In this document: one piece after another, positions 28,583-43,082 of the stretch
Layout: the number at the start of each line of letters is the position of its first letter
Numbering within the stretch: position 1 is the first letter of the stretch
DNA from: the human T2T-CHM13v2.0 reference genome, Homo sapiens
Assembly (NCBI RefSeq): GCF_009914755.1
Contig: NC_060934.1
Length of the DNA: 64,000 nucleotides
Reading direction: 5' to 3' (one strand)
Notes under the pieces: generated by a model
The model's database searches: none
Told to the model about the DNA's origin: nothing
The model's input: the letters and a program-made list of their open reading frames with translations, nothing else
Position numbers and translations under genes: made by a program

Positions 28583-31500
28583 GGGCAATGACTTTTTAGA
28601 TATAATACTGAAAACATAATCCATGAATTTAAAAAAAATGAAAAGTTAAACCTTATTGGAATTTAAAAGTTCTGCTATATGAAAAAAAAAACTGTTAAAG
28701 AGATGAAAAGACAAATCACATACTAAAAATCTTTGAAAACCACATATCTCTTAAAGGACTGGTATTCAAAATATGCAAAGAACTCATAAAATTCAACAAT
28801 ATGAAACCAAGTAACGCAACTGAAAAAAATTTGCAAAACATCTGCCCAGACACCACTCCAGAGAAGATACACAGATGGCAAACACGCATTTGAAAATATC
28901 CTCAATATCATATGTCATCATGAATACAAATTAATACAATGAAATATGACTACATACATATTAGAATGGCTAAAATCTAAAAGACAGACAACGCCCAATG
29001 CTCGTGACGATGTGAAGCAATAAAGCTCATTCATCACTGGTGAGAATGCAGAATGGTAAACCACATTGGAAGACATTTTGAAAGTTTCTTACACTAAACG
29101 TGTTTTCCATACAATCCAGTCTCATGCTCATTGGTATTTGCCCAAATGAGTTGAGAACATGTCTACACACGAGGATGCATACAAATGTTTATTGAAGCTT
29201 TATTCATAATTGCCAAAACCTGGAAGCAACTAAGGTCCTTCAGTTGGTAAATGGATAAACAAACTGTGGCACATCTAAACAATGTAATATTATTCAGTGT
29301 TAACAAGAAATGAGCTCTCAGGCTATGAAAAGACATGAAGGAAGTAAGTGTATATCACTAAGTGAAACAAGCCAGTCTTAAAGGCTGCTTACTGTAGGAT
29401 TCCAACAATATAATACCCCTGCAAAAAAACTCCCACGAAACTATAGAGACATTAAATAGTTTAGTGGATGCCAGTGGTTTGAGGGGAGGGAGCGATCAAT
29501 ATATGGAGCATGGTGGGTTTTTAGGACTACATAACTATTCTTATATGACAGTCTAATGGTGGATACATTCCATTATACATTTGTCAAACCCATAGAATGT
29601 ACAACACAAAGTGAACCCTAATAAAATGTATGGACTCATAAGAGTGCATCAGTATTTGCTCATCAATTGTGTTAAACATATCACAGTAATGCAAGATGTT
29701 AATAATAGGAGAATTTATGTGGGGGGAGAGGAGTTATATGGAAACTCTCTGTACTTTCTGCTCAGTTTTCTATACATTTAAAAATGTTCAAAAATAGAGT
29801 TCTTGAATTTTTGTTTAGAAAATTGACCCAAAATATTATTGATGGCACTCGGTAGACAAAAACATCTAAACAGATTTTGTACTCGTATTTTATATGTTCT
29901 GGAAGGTAGAGAAAGATTGATTGTGTTAAGTAGAAACATAGACTTTATAAAAATAATTAAACGTAACTGCTGTAGAAAAAAATGCAATGCATGGGATGAA
30001 CAAATATACTACATGGAATTAATAGGAAATTTAACATTGGAAAATAAAAGATTAGTGAATTTGAAGACAAAATAGAAAGACTATCCAAAATTAAACAGAA
30101 CAGAAAATGTTTAAAAAATGAATGAAACATCATTTAAGCTGTGGAACATCTTAACTGGCTACAATATATGTAAATTGAGTATGAAAAAATAAGGGAGAAA
30201 AAATTGAATAAATGCCCAATAATTGTTTACAAGTTTAATTAATACTACCAATACACAGATCCAAGATGGTCAATAAGCCCTAAGCAAAGAAACATGAAGA
30301 AAACAATACCAAGGTGTATATTAATGAAATTGCTTAAAACAAGTTTTAAAGAAAAAATCATGAAAGCAGCCAATGAAGAAAGGCACATTATATACAAGTG
30401 ATAAAAAGCAATATGATGGTTTTTATTATGTTTCTGTTATCAACCAATGCAACCAGAATAGAATAAAATAACGCCTTTACTGAACAACAACAAAAAAGCT
30501 GTCAACTTAAAATTTTCTATTCATGAAATTATTTTTCAGTAATGAATTTGAAATAAAGACTGTCAAACACACAAAAGCTGAAATTTTATTAGGTTTGGAC
30601 TGCAAAAAAAAAAAAAGATACAGGAATTCCTTTAGCATAAGGAAAATAATACCAGATAGAAATATGATTATCCACATAAAGGAAGAAAGACTCTAGGTAT
30701 GATTAATATGTCAGTAAACATTTTTATAATGATTCTCATTCTTAAAATAAGTGTAAAATAATTGTTTTTAAACACAATAACAATATATTTTAGTTTATAA
30801 TAAATGTCATAATAGCATGTATGACTAAAATGGCACAATGATCAAGAGATGTGAAATGGGCATTGTGTAATTCTTTTACTATACATGAAAGTAAATCATG
30901 TATACCATCAAAAAATATAGCTAATAAACCAAGGAGATTAAATAAAATCATAAAAAAGGAATAAAGGCACCAAAAGACTACCGAAAAAATAACAAACAAA
31001 TAGTAAAATAATAGACTTAAGCCAAACCATATTAAAAATAACATTAAATGTTAAAGGTCTAAATATTCCAGTTAAAAGGCAATGATCCTCAGACTGGATT
31101 TTTTTTATAAGCAAGTCCCAACCATATACTGTCTGTAAGAGATTTACTACAAATATAAAAACCAAATAACTTAATCAGAAAATGTATATATCAGAGAAAA
31201 TACATTATTATTAGGGTAAAAGGAATTTTTCATGATTTAAAAATCATTTCATCAAGAGGCATAATAATCCTAAGTGTTTATGTACCTAATAATAGAAATT
31301 CAAACACATGAAGTGCACACTGATGGAACTGACAGCAGAAATAGACGAATTCTCAATTACAGTTTGTGTGACTACAAAACCTCTTTCTCATTAACTGATT
31401 AAAGAAGAAGGAAAAAAAAAATCAGTAAGTATATAGAAGACCTGAACAACACTACCAATCAACTAAATGGAATAAATATTTTTAGTACAGCCCACTCAAC

Positions 31501-32315
31501 AACAGCAAAATATGCATTCTTTTAAAGCATATGAATAACTTTTGAAAGTAGGATATATTCTGGGCCATTAATAAAGTCTCAATAAATTTAAAATAATTCA
31601 GCCCTACAAGTATGCACTATGACTACAATAAAATTAAATTAGAAACAAATAGCAGAAAAATATCTTGAAACTACTTAAATGTTTGAAAACTAGCATACTA
31701 GTATATAACGTATAGGTTAAAGAAGAAAATCAAAATGGAAAGTAAAATATGTTTTGAACAGCTATAAATTGAAAATACAATATGTCAATATTTTGAGGAT
31801 GAAGCTGAGGCGGTACTTGGAAATTTATATGACTACATACTTATGCTAGAAAAGAAGAAAGATCTCAAATCAATGGCTTAACTGTCCATCCTAAGAAACC
31901 ACAAAAAGAAGAGCAAATTAAACACTATATAAATAGAATAAAAGGAAATAAGTTCAGAAAAATAAGTAGAAAACTAATACAAAAGTTAATGAAACAAACT
32001 ATTATTTTTTGAGAAGATCAATAAAATTGATAAATGTCTAGTGAGATTCATAGGACAAAAAGAAGGCACAAATTACCAGTCTCAGGAGTAAGAAAAGTAA
32101 TATCCTTATTCATTCCACAAATATTAGTAAGGAAATATTATGAATAGCTTTGTGTCCATAAATTCAACAACTTAGATGAAATGTACAAATTCCTTGAAAG
32201 ACCCAAATTAGAAGAACTTTATGTCTGTGAAATAAATGAAATTTATAGTTTAAAACCTTCCCACAAGAAGGACTCGGAACCAGGTGGCTTCATTGATTAA
32301 TTCTATCACGTATTA

Positions 32316-32658
<343 letters not shown>

Positions 32659-32811
32659 TCAACTCTTTAAGAAACTGAAAAGGAATACTTCTCAACTCAT
32701 TCTATGAGACGAGCATTACCATGATACAAAAACCGTATGAAGACAGTTGGGAAAAAAAAAACAAACTAACCTCCTTCATGACTTTCTTTAAATTTTAGCA
32801 AATTTAGCTAC

Positions 32812-32818
32812 ACACATA

Positions 32819-32856
<38 letters not shown>
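32812..32856. repeat. (CA)n microsatellite
   Basis: Read directly. Confidence 0.9.
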
Positions 32857-32858
<2 letters not shown>

Positions 32859-33276
32859 TATAAAGGACAATACACTTTGACTAAGTTTAGTTTATTCTGA
32901 GAATTCATGATGGTTCAACATTAAAATTCAATTGCTATAATTCACCATATCAAAAGTTAACAAAAATATCACTTTAATAGATGCAAAAAATAATTCGACT
33001 AAATTCAACGTTTATTAATGGTAGCAGTTCTCGGAGGACATAGCTTCCTGACCCTTGTATCAAATTAGGCACCTCTGCTCTGTTTCCATAGCTTCCTATT
33101 ATTTTCCATACCATAACATTTCTCACACTTTTATTGTTCAATTGCATTTTTCATTCTTCTGTTGTCTGGTAAAATTACTTATATATGACTGATACTCAGT
33201 TGATAAACTGTTAATGCAGGTTTGGTTCTTGGCTAACTGGGAGATTCATGATCATATTAACATCATGAGAATTTAT

Positions 33277-33855
<579 letters not shown>

Positions 33856-34215
33856 TCCTTACTGCTTCTCAGGCAGAATAAAGTGCTGATATGGGAAAGG
33901 TTACAGAGGAGAGAGGATGTGCTTACCCCTTGGCTTAAGTTTAAACTTCTACATAAGTCAGTCACATAGCTGCTATGTATAAATAGAACATTAATTGGCT
34001 ACTGTGTTTGCCCTCAATAAGACCAGAGAAAGTACACAAATGCAGTGATTAAGCTAGCACACGTGTTAACAGCTTCTTATCTGCTATAACTGGACTATGG
34101 GGGAGGCATTCAGAAGATGAATAAACCATAATCTCTTTCTTAAAAGGTCTCACAATCAGTACAAAACCTGAAAAATTAAAAAAAAATTCTACTCCTTTAT
34201 TCTTCCTGTATTATT

Positions 34216-34389
34216 TCTTTTTTTTTTATTTTCTTTTTTTAAGAGTCAGGTTATCACTCTGTCACCCAGGCTGGAGTGCAGTAGCACAATCATAGCTCAC
34301 TGCAGCCTCTAACTCCTGGGCTTAATCCATCCTCCTGCCTCAGCCTCCCCAGTAGCTGGAACTGCAGGGGCACGCCACCATGCCTAGCT
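34216..34389 (-). mobile_element. Alu right monomer (FRAM/AluJ-like)
   Basis: 'cacaatcatagctcactgcagcctctaactcctgggct'. Confidence 0.85.
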
Positions 34390-34854
34390 ATGACCTTATT
34401 TTTGTTTTGAATTTGTAAACATTAAAATGACGGTAAGAAAATAATAGTGTTCTAGTTGTCGTTTTTCCCAGTAAATAAAAACAAAGTTTGTTTTTCTTTT
34501 GGAATTTGTGATAATTGAAATTTTTCAACGTGAGAAGGATTTAAATTGGTGTAAATAAAGCACAGTCACTTACATGGAGATCTTGTGATAATCACGTTAT
34601 ATCCCTGACCTTTTTTGAAAACGATACATCTATTCAAAATCTCGCACATATGCTAAAATCTACATTCTAAGCTCAGCTGTATCACTTGTTTAGAGTCATA
34701 GGATTCCATTTGCCAATAATTTTGCATAATATCCTGTAGACTAGTTAAATATCAGGTGACTTTTTCTACTGTTGCCCTTTTAAAGACACTTGTATTTCAG
34801 AGAATATATTATAGACAACAGACCTAAGAAAATTACTTGGGGCACCAAAAATAA

Positions 34855-34890
34855 AAATATAGAAAATATTTCTTAATATTTTCTATATTT
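34855..34890. repeat. Perfect 16-bp inverted repeat with 4-nt spacer
   Basis: aaatatagaaaatatt-tctt-aatattttctatattt. Confidence 0.95.
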
Positions 34891-35804
34891 CTTAAGAATT
34901 GTGAACACCAAAACACATTGAATACTTGCTCACATTAAGAGAATAGGGTTATGGGAGTCAACACCCACACTGATAGGTTGTATTTCATTTCTGTCAAATG
35001 AAGCAGTTGGGATGATGGTGCTAATTTATTTGATCAGAGGCATGCCAATGTAATTAGATTAAAAGGTGCCCACATTGTCACTACATGACACAAAAATATC
35101 TATCTGTATGAATGCAGAATGACAAATGAAATATTTTTAATAGCACAAACAACAGGACAGGCAAAGTTGCCTGAGATGCCCAAAATAAAGACATTTTTCT
35201 GGGGCTAAAAGGCCAGAGACAGTATTTTTTGTTTTTAGAGTTTTGAATCATAATCAGAATGAAGTGACTTCCTAGACACCACAAGGATCTTGATATGAAT
35301 GAAAGTAGCTGTAGAGTTGCTGCTGGACACTGATTTCAGAGTTGGCAGAAGATCTTGCAAGAAAAGTATATGACTTCTATTTGTAGGGGAGGGTCTAGCC
35401 AGCAGGCATCTAACTTTATTTTATGGCAGGGCAGTTTAGCAATCTAGAGCACTTAGTTAGTGGTTTCAGGGAAAGAAGAAGAATAGATTTAGGAAGAACA
35501 AAGGATATGAAATCATATTAACATTCTGGCATAATAAATACAGTTGGCACTTCAAGGCTTTGTTTTTAAACATGGAGAGGTAATTTAGTGTTAGGAAAAA
35601 ATATTCATCATGTAAACATGACTATAAAGTGGAATTTATTTGACTGCACATATCTAAAGTAAAAGGCATGCTAAAATTCACTTATGCCTATTGTACAGGT
35701 TCACATTTTTTAAAGGAGGTCTTTGTTTTATTACATGCACATTTTACATTTCTGTGCCTATGTGTATATATTACATATATGATTACATAGTTAAAATCTA
35801 GCAC

Positions 35805-36318
35805 ATTCCAGTTTCCAATCTAGCATGTAGAGAGCCTGGAAGGCATCACTCCCATCCTCATAACAAGAAAAAAGCTAAACTGAAAACCAACAGCCCTCTT
35901 TAAATCCATTAAAGAATTTAGGTCACAAGGCAAACCACCACCCCCAAATCTAGAAAGACAGGTGAACACAGAAATCACAGCTCTCTGGAAACAGAAGCCA
36001 CTCGTAGACCTTAGTGAGAACATATACAGGGTAATTGACTAATTCCCGGAGACTGAGCATGGACTCGCTTGAGAGATTAAAAATTCCTGGGGACCCAGCT
36101 TTAGGGAGGCCCCATACTTTGATGACAGTTACCTCCGGAAACCTAGTCAGGTTGTCAGATGAAGATAGAAAAATCCTCTCTCTCTTTCAGCAGTTGACAG
36201 GATTGGCAAGTCCAAAATCTATAGGGTGAGTATATGAAACTCTGTACTTTCCATTCAGTTTTTCCATGAACCTAAAACTGCTCTAAAAACCAAAGTCTAT
36301 TAAATAAACAAAATAAAA
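35805..36318 (+). mobile_element. Old L1 (L1MC/L1MD-like) 5'UTR joined to its 3' terminus
   Basis: 35805-36193 is homologous to 2656-3040; 36228-36318 'gaaactctgtactttccattcagtttttccatgaacctaaaactgctctaaaaaccaaagtctatt' is homologous to 29735-29805. Confidence 0.7.
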
Positions 36319-36597
36319 TGCAATAATACTGAATAGAACGTCAGGTTTGGCCTATTCATAGCCTTCTCTCCTGTAGACTCTGATGGTGAATATCCTTATC
36401 GTCCTTGTTTCCAGAGGCAAGAAAAGTCATCAAGACAAGATTTAAAGCTACAGGAATCACCAAAGTGCAGGAAGTGAAAGGCAGCCTTACTTCCTTCTTG
36501 AGACTGGCAAGTCAAAGTGGCAGCCCTCTGTCGCTTACGCTCTCCATCTCAAATCAACAATAATCACTCCACTGAAAAATTATTTTAATACTAGGAC

Positions 36598-36958
36598 TGT
36601 ATTAGTCCATTTTCATGCCACTGATAAAGACATACCTAAGACTGGGTAATTTATAAAGAAAAAAAGGTTCAATGGACTCACAGTTCCATGTGGCTGGGGA
36701 GGCCTCACAATCATGGCGGAAGGTGAAAGGCATGTCTTACATGGTGGCAGACAAGAGAGAATGAGAGCCAAGCAAAAGGGGAAACCTCTTATCAAACCAT
36801 CGGATCTCATGAGACTTATTCACTATCACAAGAACAGTATGGGGGAACCACCCCCATGATTCAATTATCTGCCACCAGGTCCCTCCCACCACATGTGAGA
36901 ATTATGGGAGCTACAGTTGAAGATGAGATTTGGGTAGGAACACAGCCAAACCATATCA
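36598..36958 (-). mobile_element. MaLR solo LTR, THE1 (THE1B-like)
   Basis: 'tgtattagtcc...cacagccaaaccatatca'; TSD aggac at 36593-36597 and 36959-36963. Confidence 0.95.
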
Positions 36959-39165
36959 AGGACTAAATGCTTACTGACAATTTGTTTTACACTGGCACTG
37001 TGATAATTGTTTCGTATGCATTATTATGCTTGTTTCCTTTTAAAAATGTTATAGAATATAATGGACGCATAGAAAAGTTCACAAATCCTATGTGTACACA
37101 GTTAGATAAGCCTTCACAAAATCAACATAATTCTGTCATCATCGCCAGATCAAGAAATAGAACATTACCAGCATCCAAATTCCCCTCTCTTTGTCATTCT
37201 TGTCCCTAGTCCTCCAACTACTTATCATTACATACAACTTCTAGGAAGGTAGATTAGTCTTTTGGGACTTTGTTATGTTTTTTGAATCTCATATACATGG
37301 AATTTTATGTACTCTTTCATGTCTGGCTTTTTAAATCAATATTATGTTCATAAATTTCATCCATGCTTTATGTGTGCATTTTATTCATTCTTATTACTGT
37401 AGAGCATTCCACAGTATAAATATATGATAATATGCAATTTGTTCTACTGTTGAAGGAAATTATAGCTATTTCTAGTTTAGGATTATTGCAATTAGTGTTA
37501 TGAACATACTTTGTCCTTTGGGGAATACACATATCATTTTGTGAATATATGTATACATTTTTTGATATATACCTGGGACTAGAATCTGGAGTCATAGAGT
37601 ATGCATAGATTCAGCTTTAGTGAACACTTCTGTGCTGCCTCCAAAGTACTTTCATCAGTTTGCACTCCCACTGGAAGTAAATGAGATGTCCTCATGGTAT
37701 ATCCTCTCAAAATTAGGTATTATCTGTCCTTTCATTTCACAGTATTAGTTAAGCAGTATGCTATTTTATTTGACAAATGAAGTTGAGTAGCATTTTTAGA
37801 TGCATCTTATACATTTGGATATCCTCTTTTGCCCACTTTCCTATTCAGTTGCCTTTTTTTTCCTATGGAAATGTAGCGGGGGGAAAAGATGTGGAGTGCC
37901 TTTATTTCAATTTAACAGACAGGGAAAATTGAGGTTCTAAGAGGCTAAGGGAAGCTCTAAGGGTTCTAAGAGGCTAATCTCTAAGGGTTCTAGGAGGCTA
38001 AGGGAAGCCCACACCACCCAAGCAAGGAAACAGCTGAGAAAGTGATATTCCACAAAATAACTCAATGCCTGTCTTCAGGCTGGGCAGAGGGATCAGCTGC
38101 CAGAGAAACCTTATGTGCTGAGCGTCCCTCATGGGACCAGGAGCTGGTAGATAGGAACCTCTATTGAGAAAAACCAAAACCAAAACCAAAACCAAAAAAA
38201 CAAACAAGCAAACAAACAAAAAACACCACAAAGCCACAAAAACACACTCCCAACATTATTAGTCGTCTTTCTGTTTTGTTTTTGTTTTGTTTTGTTCTTT
38301 GCAGCCCAGGCACCTCACAACGAAATAAATCAATAGCAGATGGCCCTTGGCTTGGAAGCTTTTCAATACAAAAGCCGCCATCTATCTCTCTGATTTTCTC
38401 AGGTACATTTTTCTTAAATTCCTGGCAGAGTTTAATTAAGTGTTTATGAGAATGTTCACCCTCCTCCTGCTGCACAGACAGCTCGGTAGGGATGGAGTTA
38501 AGCTCCTTTTCTGTTCAACAGTCTGGAGACCACTGTCCCAACGACGTCACTCTGGTTTGGCTCTGCAGACCTCCTGCTGTCAGGTTCACTGTGGCCCTCC
38601 ATGACCTTCCAACTTCTATGTTTCCAGGCAGCCGAAGGATACATCTCCTCCCCACTCAGACAGCCAGATATCACATGTTTTACTAATAAAACAGCTGATA
38701 GGCCCCAGGAGTTCTTTACATATCCTGGAAACCAGTCTTTGTTGAATACAGGTATTAAAATGTATGTCCTTCATCTTGCTCTATGGTTTGCCTATTCACA
38801 CGTATAATCATATCTTTTGATGGACAGAGGTATTTAATTTGAATATAGTTAAGTTTACTTATTTTCTTTTTCATTATGGTTTTGTGCTTTTGTATTGTAA
38901 CTTAAGAATACTGCCTACCACACGGCCTTGAAGGAGTTCTATGTTTTTGTATAAAAGTTTTAATATTTAATCTGTATGCTTAACTCTGTATTCCATTTGG
39001 AACTGATTTTGTGTATGGTTCAGGATAGAGATCAAGACTCATTCTTTTGTATATGGATAATCAATGGCCTCAGCAATAATTATTGAAAAGAACATTCCCT
39101 ACTTTACTGAAGGACTACCTGTACATAAATTACCTAGCTTTATATGTATGGATTTCTTTCTAGAC

Positions 39166-39472
39166 CTTTTTTTTTTTTTTTTTTTTTTTTTTTGAGACGT
39201 AGTCTCGCTCTGTCCCCCAGGCTGGAGTGCAGTGGCGCGATCTCAGCTTACTGCAAGCTCCGCCTCCCGGGTTCACGCCATTCTCCTGCCCTCAGCCTCC
39301 GGAGTAGCTGGGACCACAGGCACCCGTCACCACGCCCGGCTAATTTTTTGTATTTTTAGTAGGTATGGGGTTTCACCATGTAAGCCAGGATGGTCTCGAT
39401 CTGACCTCATGATCCACCCACCTCGGCTTCCCAAAGTGCTGGGATTACAGGCGTGAGCCACCATGCCTGGCC
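39166..39472 (-). mobile_element. AluY
   Basis: Long T tail, 'gcaagctccgcctcccgggttcacgccattc'; TSD tctttctagac at 39155-39165 and 39473-39483. Confidence 0.95.
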
Positions 39473-39865
39473 TCTTTCTAGACTTTCTATCCTGTTCCAT
39501 GAACCTCGTTGTCTACTCTTACAACAATATTATAATGAGCAATCATACTTTATTAAAGGTCTTTATGTCTAATATTATGTCCTACAGTCTTTACTAATTC
39601 TTTACTATTGCCTTGACCATTCTTCTTGGTCTTTTGTTTTTGCATGTACATTTTGACATCAGTAGGTCAGTTACCATAAAAACTATGCTGTGATATTGAC
39701 TGTGATTGCATTGAATCTGCAGATAAATTTGAGAAAAAAATCATATATGCAAAATATTTATCTTGAAATCCAATATATTTCCCTTTTTTAATTTAAGTGT
39801 TCATTAAGTTTTTTCAAGACTTTTTTTACTTTTTTCTCATGTGTGTTTGATCTGACATATTATTT

Positions 39866-40845
39866 GTGTCTGCCAGGGTGAAATCAGGAGACAGGAACCA
39901 CACAATAATTTGAACAGAAAAAGTTTATGTACATATATATATATATCTGTGTGTATATATGTACACACACACATACACACACACATATATACACATATAT
40001 GCACATATATTTATATATATATACACACATATATCTAGGAATATATATATATAAATTATTAACTATAATAGAATTATTAACCATAATAGGGGATTGCAAT
40101 AATGGGCTAATAATAATTACTAAATGGTGACCAGACTTCCAAAAAGAATATAGAAAGATCACATATGGGGAGAATACAGTAGGCCTAGGACGACTGAGAG
40201 GCAAAGCACTCAAAGAAAGAACAGATCTGAGAAAGTCACTCCTCACAAAAGGGCTGAGATGCGGACCTCATTTGAGGGTGTGCCCTTGTCTCACTGGATG
40301 TTGGAAAGGTCCACTAAGGGGCTACATCAATGGGACTCATTGCAACACCGCCCGCTGAGTGTAAGGGAGACCATCCTCTAGGAGGTGCTGTGCTGAAGGA
40401 AGATAACCTAGCCAATGCCTCACTGGTGGGGCTCAATGGAAAAAATTCTCTTTGTGCCAGGAGGAGCATCCCCTGGTTGGGGGTGAGGAGGTTCAGTGTC
40501 TCAGCACTGACTGCATAGCTACCTGAAAGGGGATTTGGAATAAGCCATCTGCAGGGAGAGGCTGCACCTCTCTCCATCAAACCCTGTTGGGAACCACTAT
40601 CAGGTGGTGGGAAAAGTTGCATGGGGTGAGGACTACATGCTGTTGGCCAACACATGTCTGCCCAAATAACCAAACTAGATTCAGAAAGGATCAAACAAAC
40701 AAACAAAACACACAAAAAAACAGCCTTTTTATCCTTCAGGATCCATTCAGAGCCCTCTAATGGACAAAGCTTAATATCATGCCCACTGAAAACGGGAAAA
40801 TGTTCTAGTATAACAAGCTGAGCGATGGCAGGTGGATCGTGCTAA
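39866..40845 (-). mobile_element. ERVL LTR (LTR41/LTR52-like) with internal TA/CA microsatellite (39927-40052)
   Basis: 'cagggtgaaatcaggagacaggaaccacaca...aattattaacta...gccctctaatggacaaagcttaatatcatgcc'. Confidence 0.6.
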
Positions 40846-41483
40846 GTTCTCCTATTAATGCCACTAGTTTTTTTCTGTAGGTGATTTAGGATTCTGTATC
40901 TTAAACAACAATGTTGTCAGCAAATAGTTGTATTTATTCTTTTCCAGTTGTTATACCTTTTATTTATTTTTTTCTTGCCTTATTTAATTGGCTAGAATTT
41001 CTAGTATAACATTGAATGTTGAAATAAAACCATGACTGTGAACTTTTTTGGTCTTATTTCTGATTGCAGAGATAAAGCTTGGTATAATTGAACATTATCT
41101 CTGAGATTTGCTTTATGAACTTAAGGACATCACCGGTTCCTGGTGCGCTAAGACTTTTAGTCATAAATGGGTGTTGAATATTATTAAGTTATCTTTTTGC
41201 ATCTATTGAGATGATCATAAACTGTTTCTGTTAAATGGGTTCATTGATTTAATTGCAAAAGTAATTTCAACTTATATTCTAAAAAACAAAACAACTTGGT
41301 CACGGTGTATAACCAATTTTACATATAACTGAAATTACTTGTTAATTTTTATTTAGTATTTTGATTCTTCATGAGAGCGAATCCTCCTTCATTTTCCTTT
41401 CTTGTAATGCATTTGTCTGATTTTTATTATCAATATGTTATGTTGTCTTTGTAAATGATTTAAAAATATTCCCTTAAATTCTA

Positions 41484-41960
41484 TGTCGGCAGCCATGAAG
41501 GAATACCACTTGAGTTTTCTTTTTAGCGAATCCACTGTGTGGCGCATAGTTGAATGATAACCTTTGGCTTTCACAGCATTAAAACTATCATGCATTTGTG
41601 CCAAAAAAAAAAACATTATCCGCCATCTACTTCCAGCAAGTGATTGATTACAGGAAGGGTACTATAGCTAGGCCATTCCTATATGAGGTGGGGCTTCTCT
41701 AATTTTGCTTAGAGAATCCCCATCCACCTGGCCAAGACTTTCTCAGAATTTCTCTGCAGTCCTGAAGTTCTTTTTGCCTAATTCTCCTTCCTTCCTGCTC
41801 TCCTTTCGCAGGGATAAGACCAGTATCCCAGTCTGAAGCCTCTCCCAGCCTATTTCTCTTCCCTCCCCCTCTATCCTTAACAAACATGTTTTTCAAATAA
41901 AGTTCTTATAAATCGAATACTGCCTCACCATTTGCTTTTTATGGGACACAAACCAACACA
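41484..41960 (+). mobile_element. ERVL LTR16-like solo LTR
   Basis: 'ctggccaagactttctcagaa...agtctgaagcctctccc...aataaa...gggacacaaaccaacaca'. Confidence 0.7.
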
Positions 41961-42752
41961 TCTATTCTCTGGAAGAATTGGGGTAAGTCTGGACTTACCT
42001 TATTGACAAATGAAGTCAGTTATTCTTGGGATTCTCATTATGGAAATGTTTTTGCATAACAGATTCCACTTCTCTAATAGGTTTTGTAGTGTTCAGATTT
42101 TCAATTTCTTCCTCTTTCTAGTATGGAAAGTTGTATTTCCTGAGACAATTTTTAACATTTATAAAAAGTTTCAAATTAATTGACATGAAGTTGTTTATAA
42201 CTTTATGTGTTTAATACCTGATAAAGTGATGTCCAGTTTTTCATTCTTGATTGTTTGCTCCTTTTTCCAGCCAACAATAATCTGCACATTCCCCTTCCCC
42301 ATTGGTAGTTGTTGTGAGAGTGCTATAAAATTTTTTTCTTTATATTTTTCAACAACTAACTTTTGATTTTGTTAATTTTCTCTATTATACATTTATTTTC
42401 TATTTCGTTAATTTCTCCATATATTTCCCTTCTTCTACTTTCATTGTTGTGAATTTGCTGTTCTTTTATCCAGCTTTATTTATACAGTAGAAACTTAGAT
42501 CATTCATTTTTCAGACTTTCACTTTCTAACAATATTAGATTATGAATCCCCTTCTGAGTATTAATGTATTTTTTCTTATTCAATTAAAAATGTTTTTGAA
42601 TTTCCCTTCTATTTTTCCCTTAATTTATGAGTTATTTAGAAGTATATTGCTTAATTTACTGGAGATTAAGAATATCCTAATATTTACTTATCCATTCTTC
42701 TTTCTTTTGTTAATAATTTCCGACTCAGTTCCACTAGACCTAGAAAATATAA

Positions 42753-43082
<330 letters not shown>

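Noticed and set aside
28171-28617. 148-aa ORF as a host gene
   Set aside because: It is an L1 ORF2p C-terminal remnant in a truncated L1PA.
39884-40246. ORFs over TA/CA tracts (also 61182-61674)
   Set aside because: Low-complexity microsatellite translations inside LTRs.
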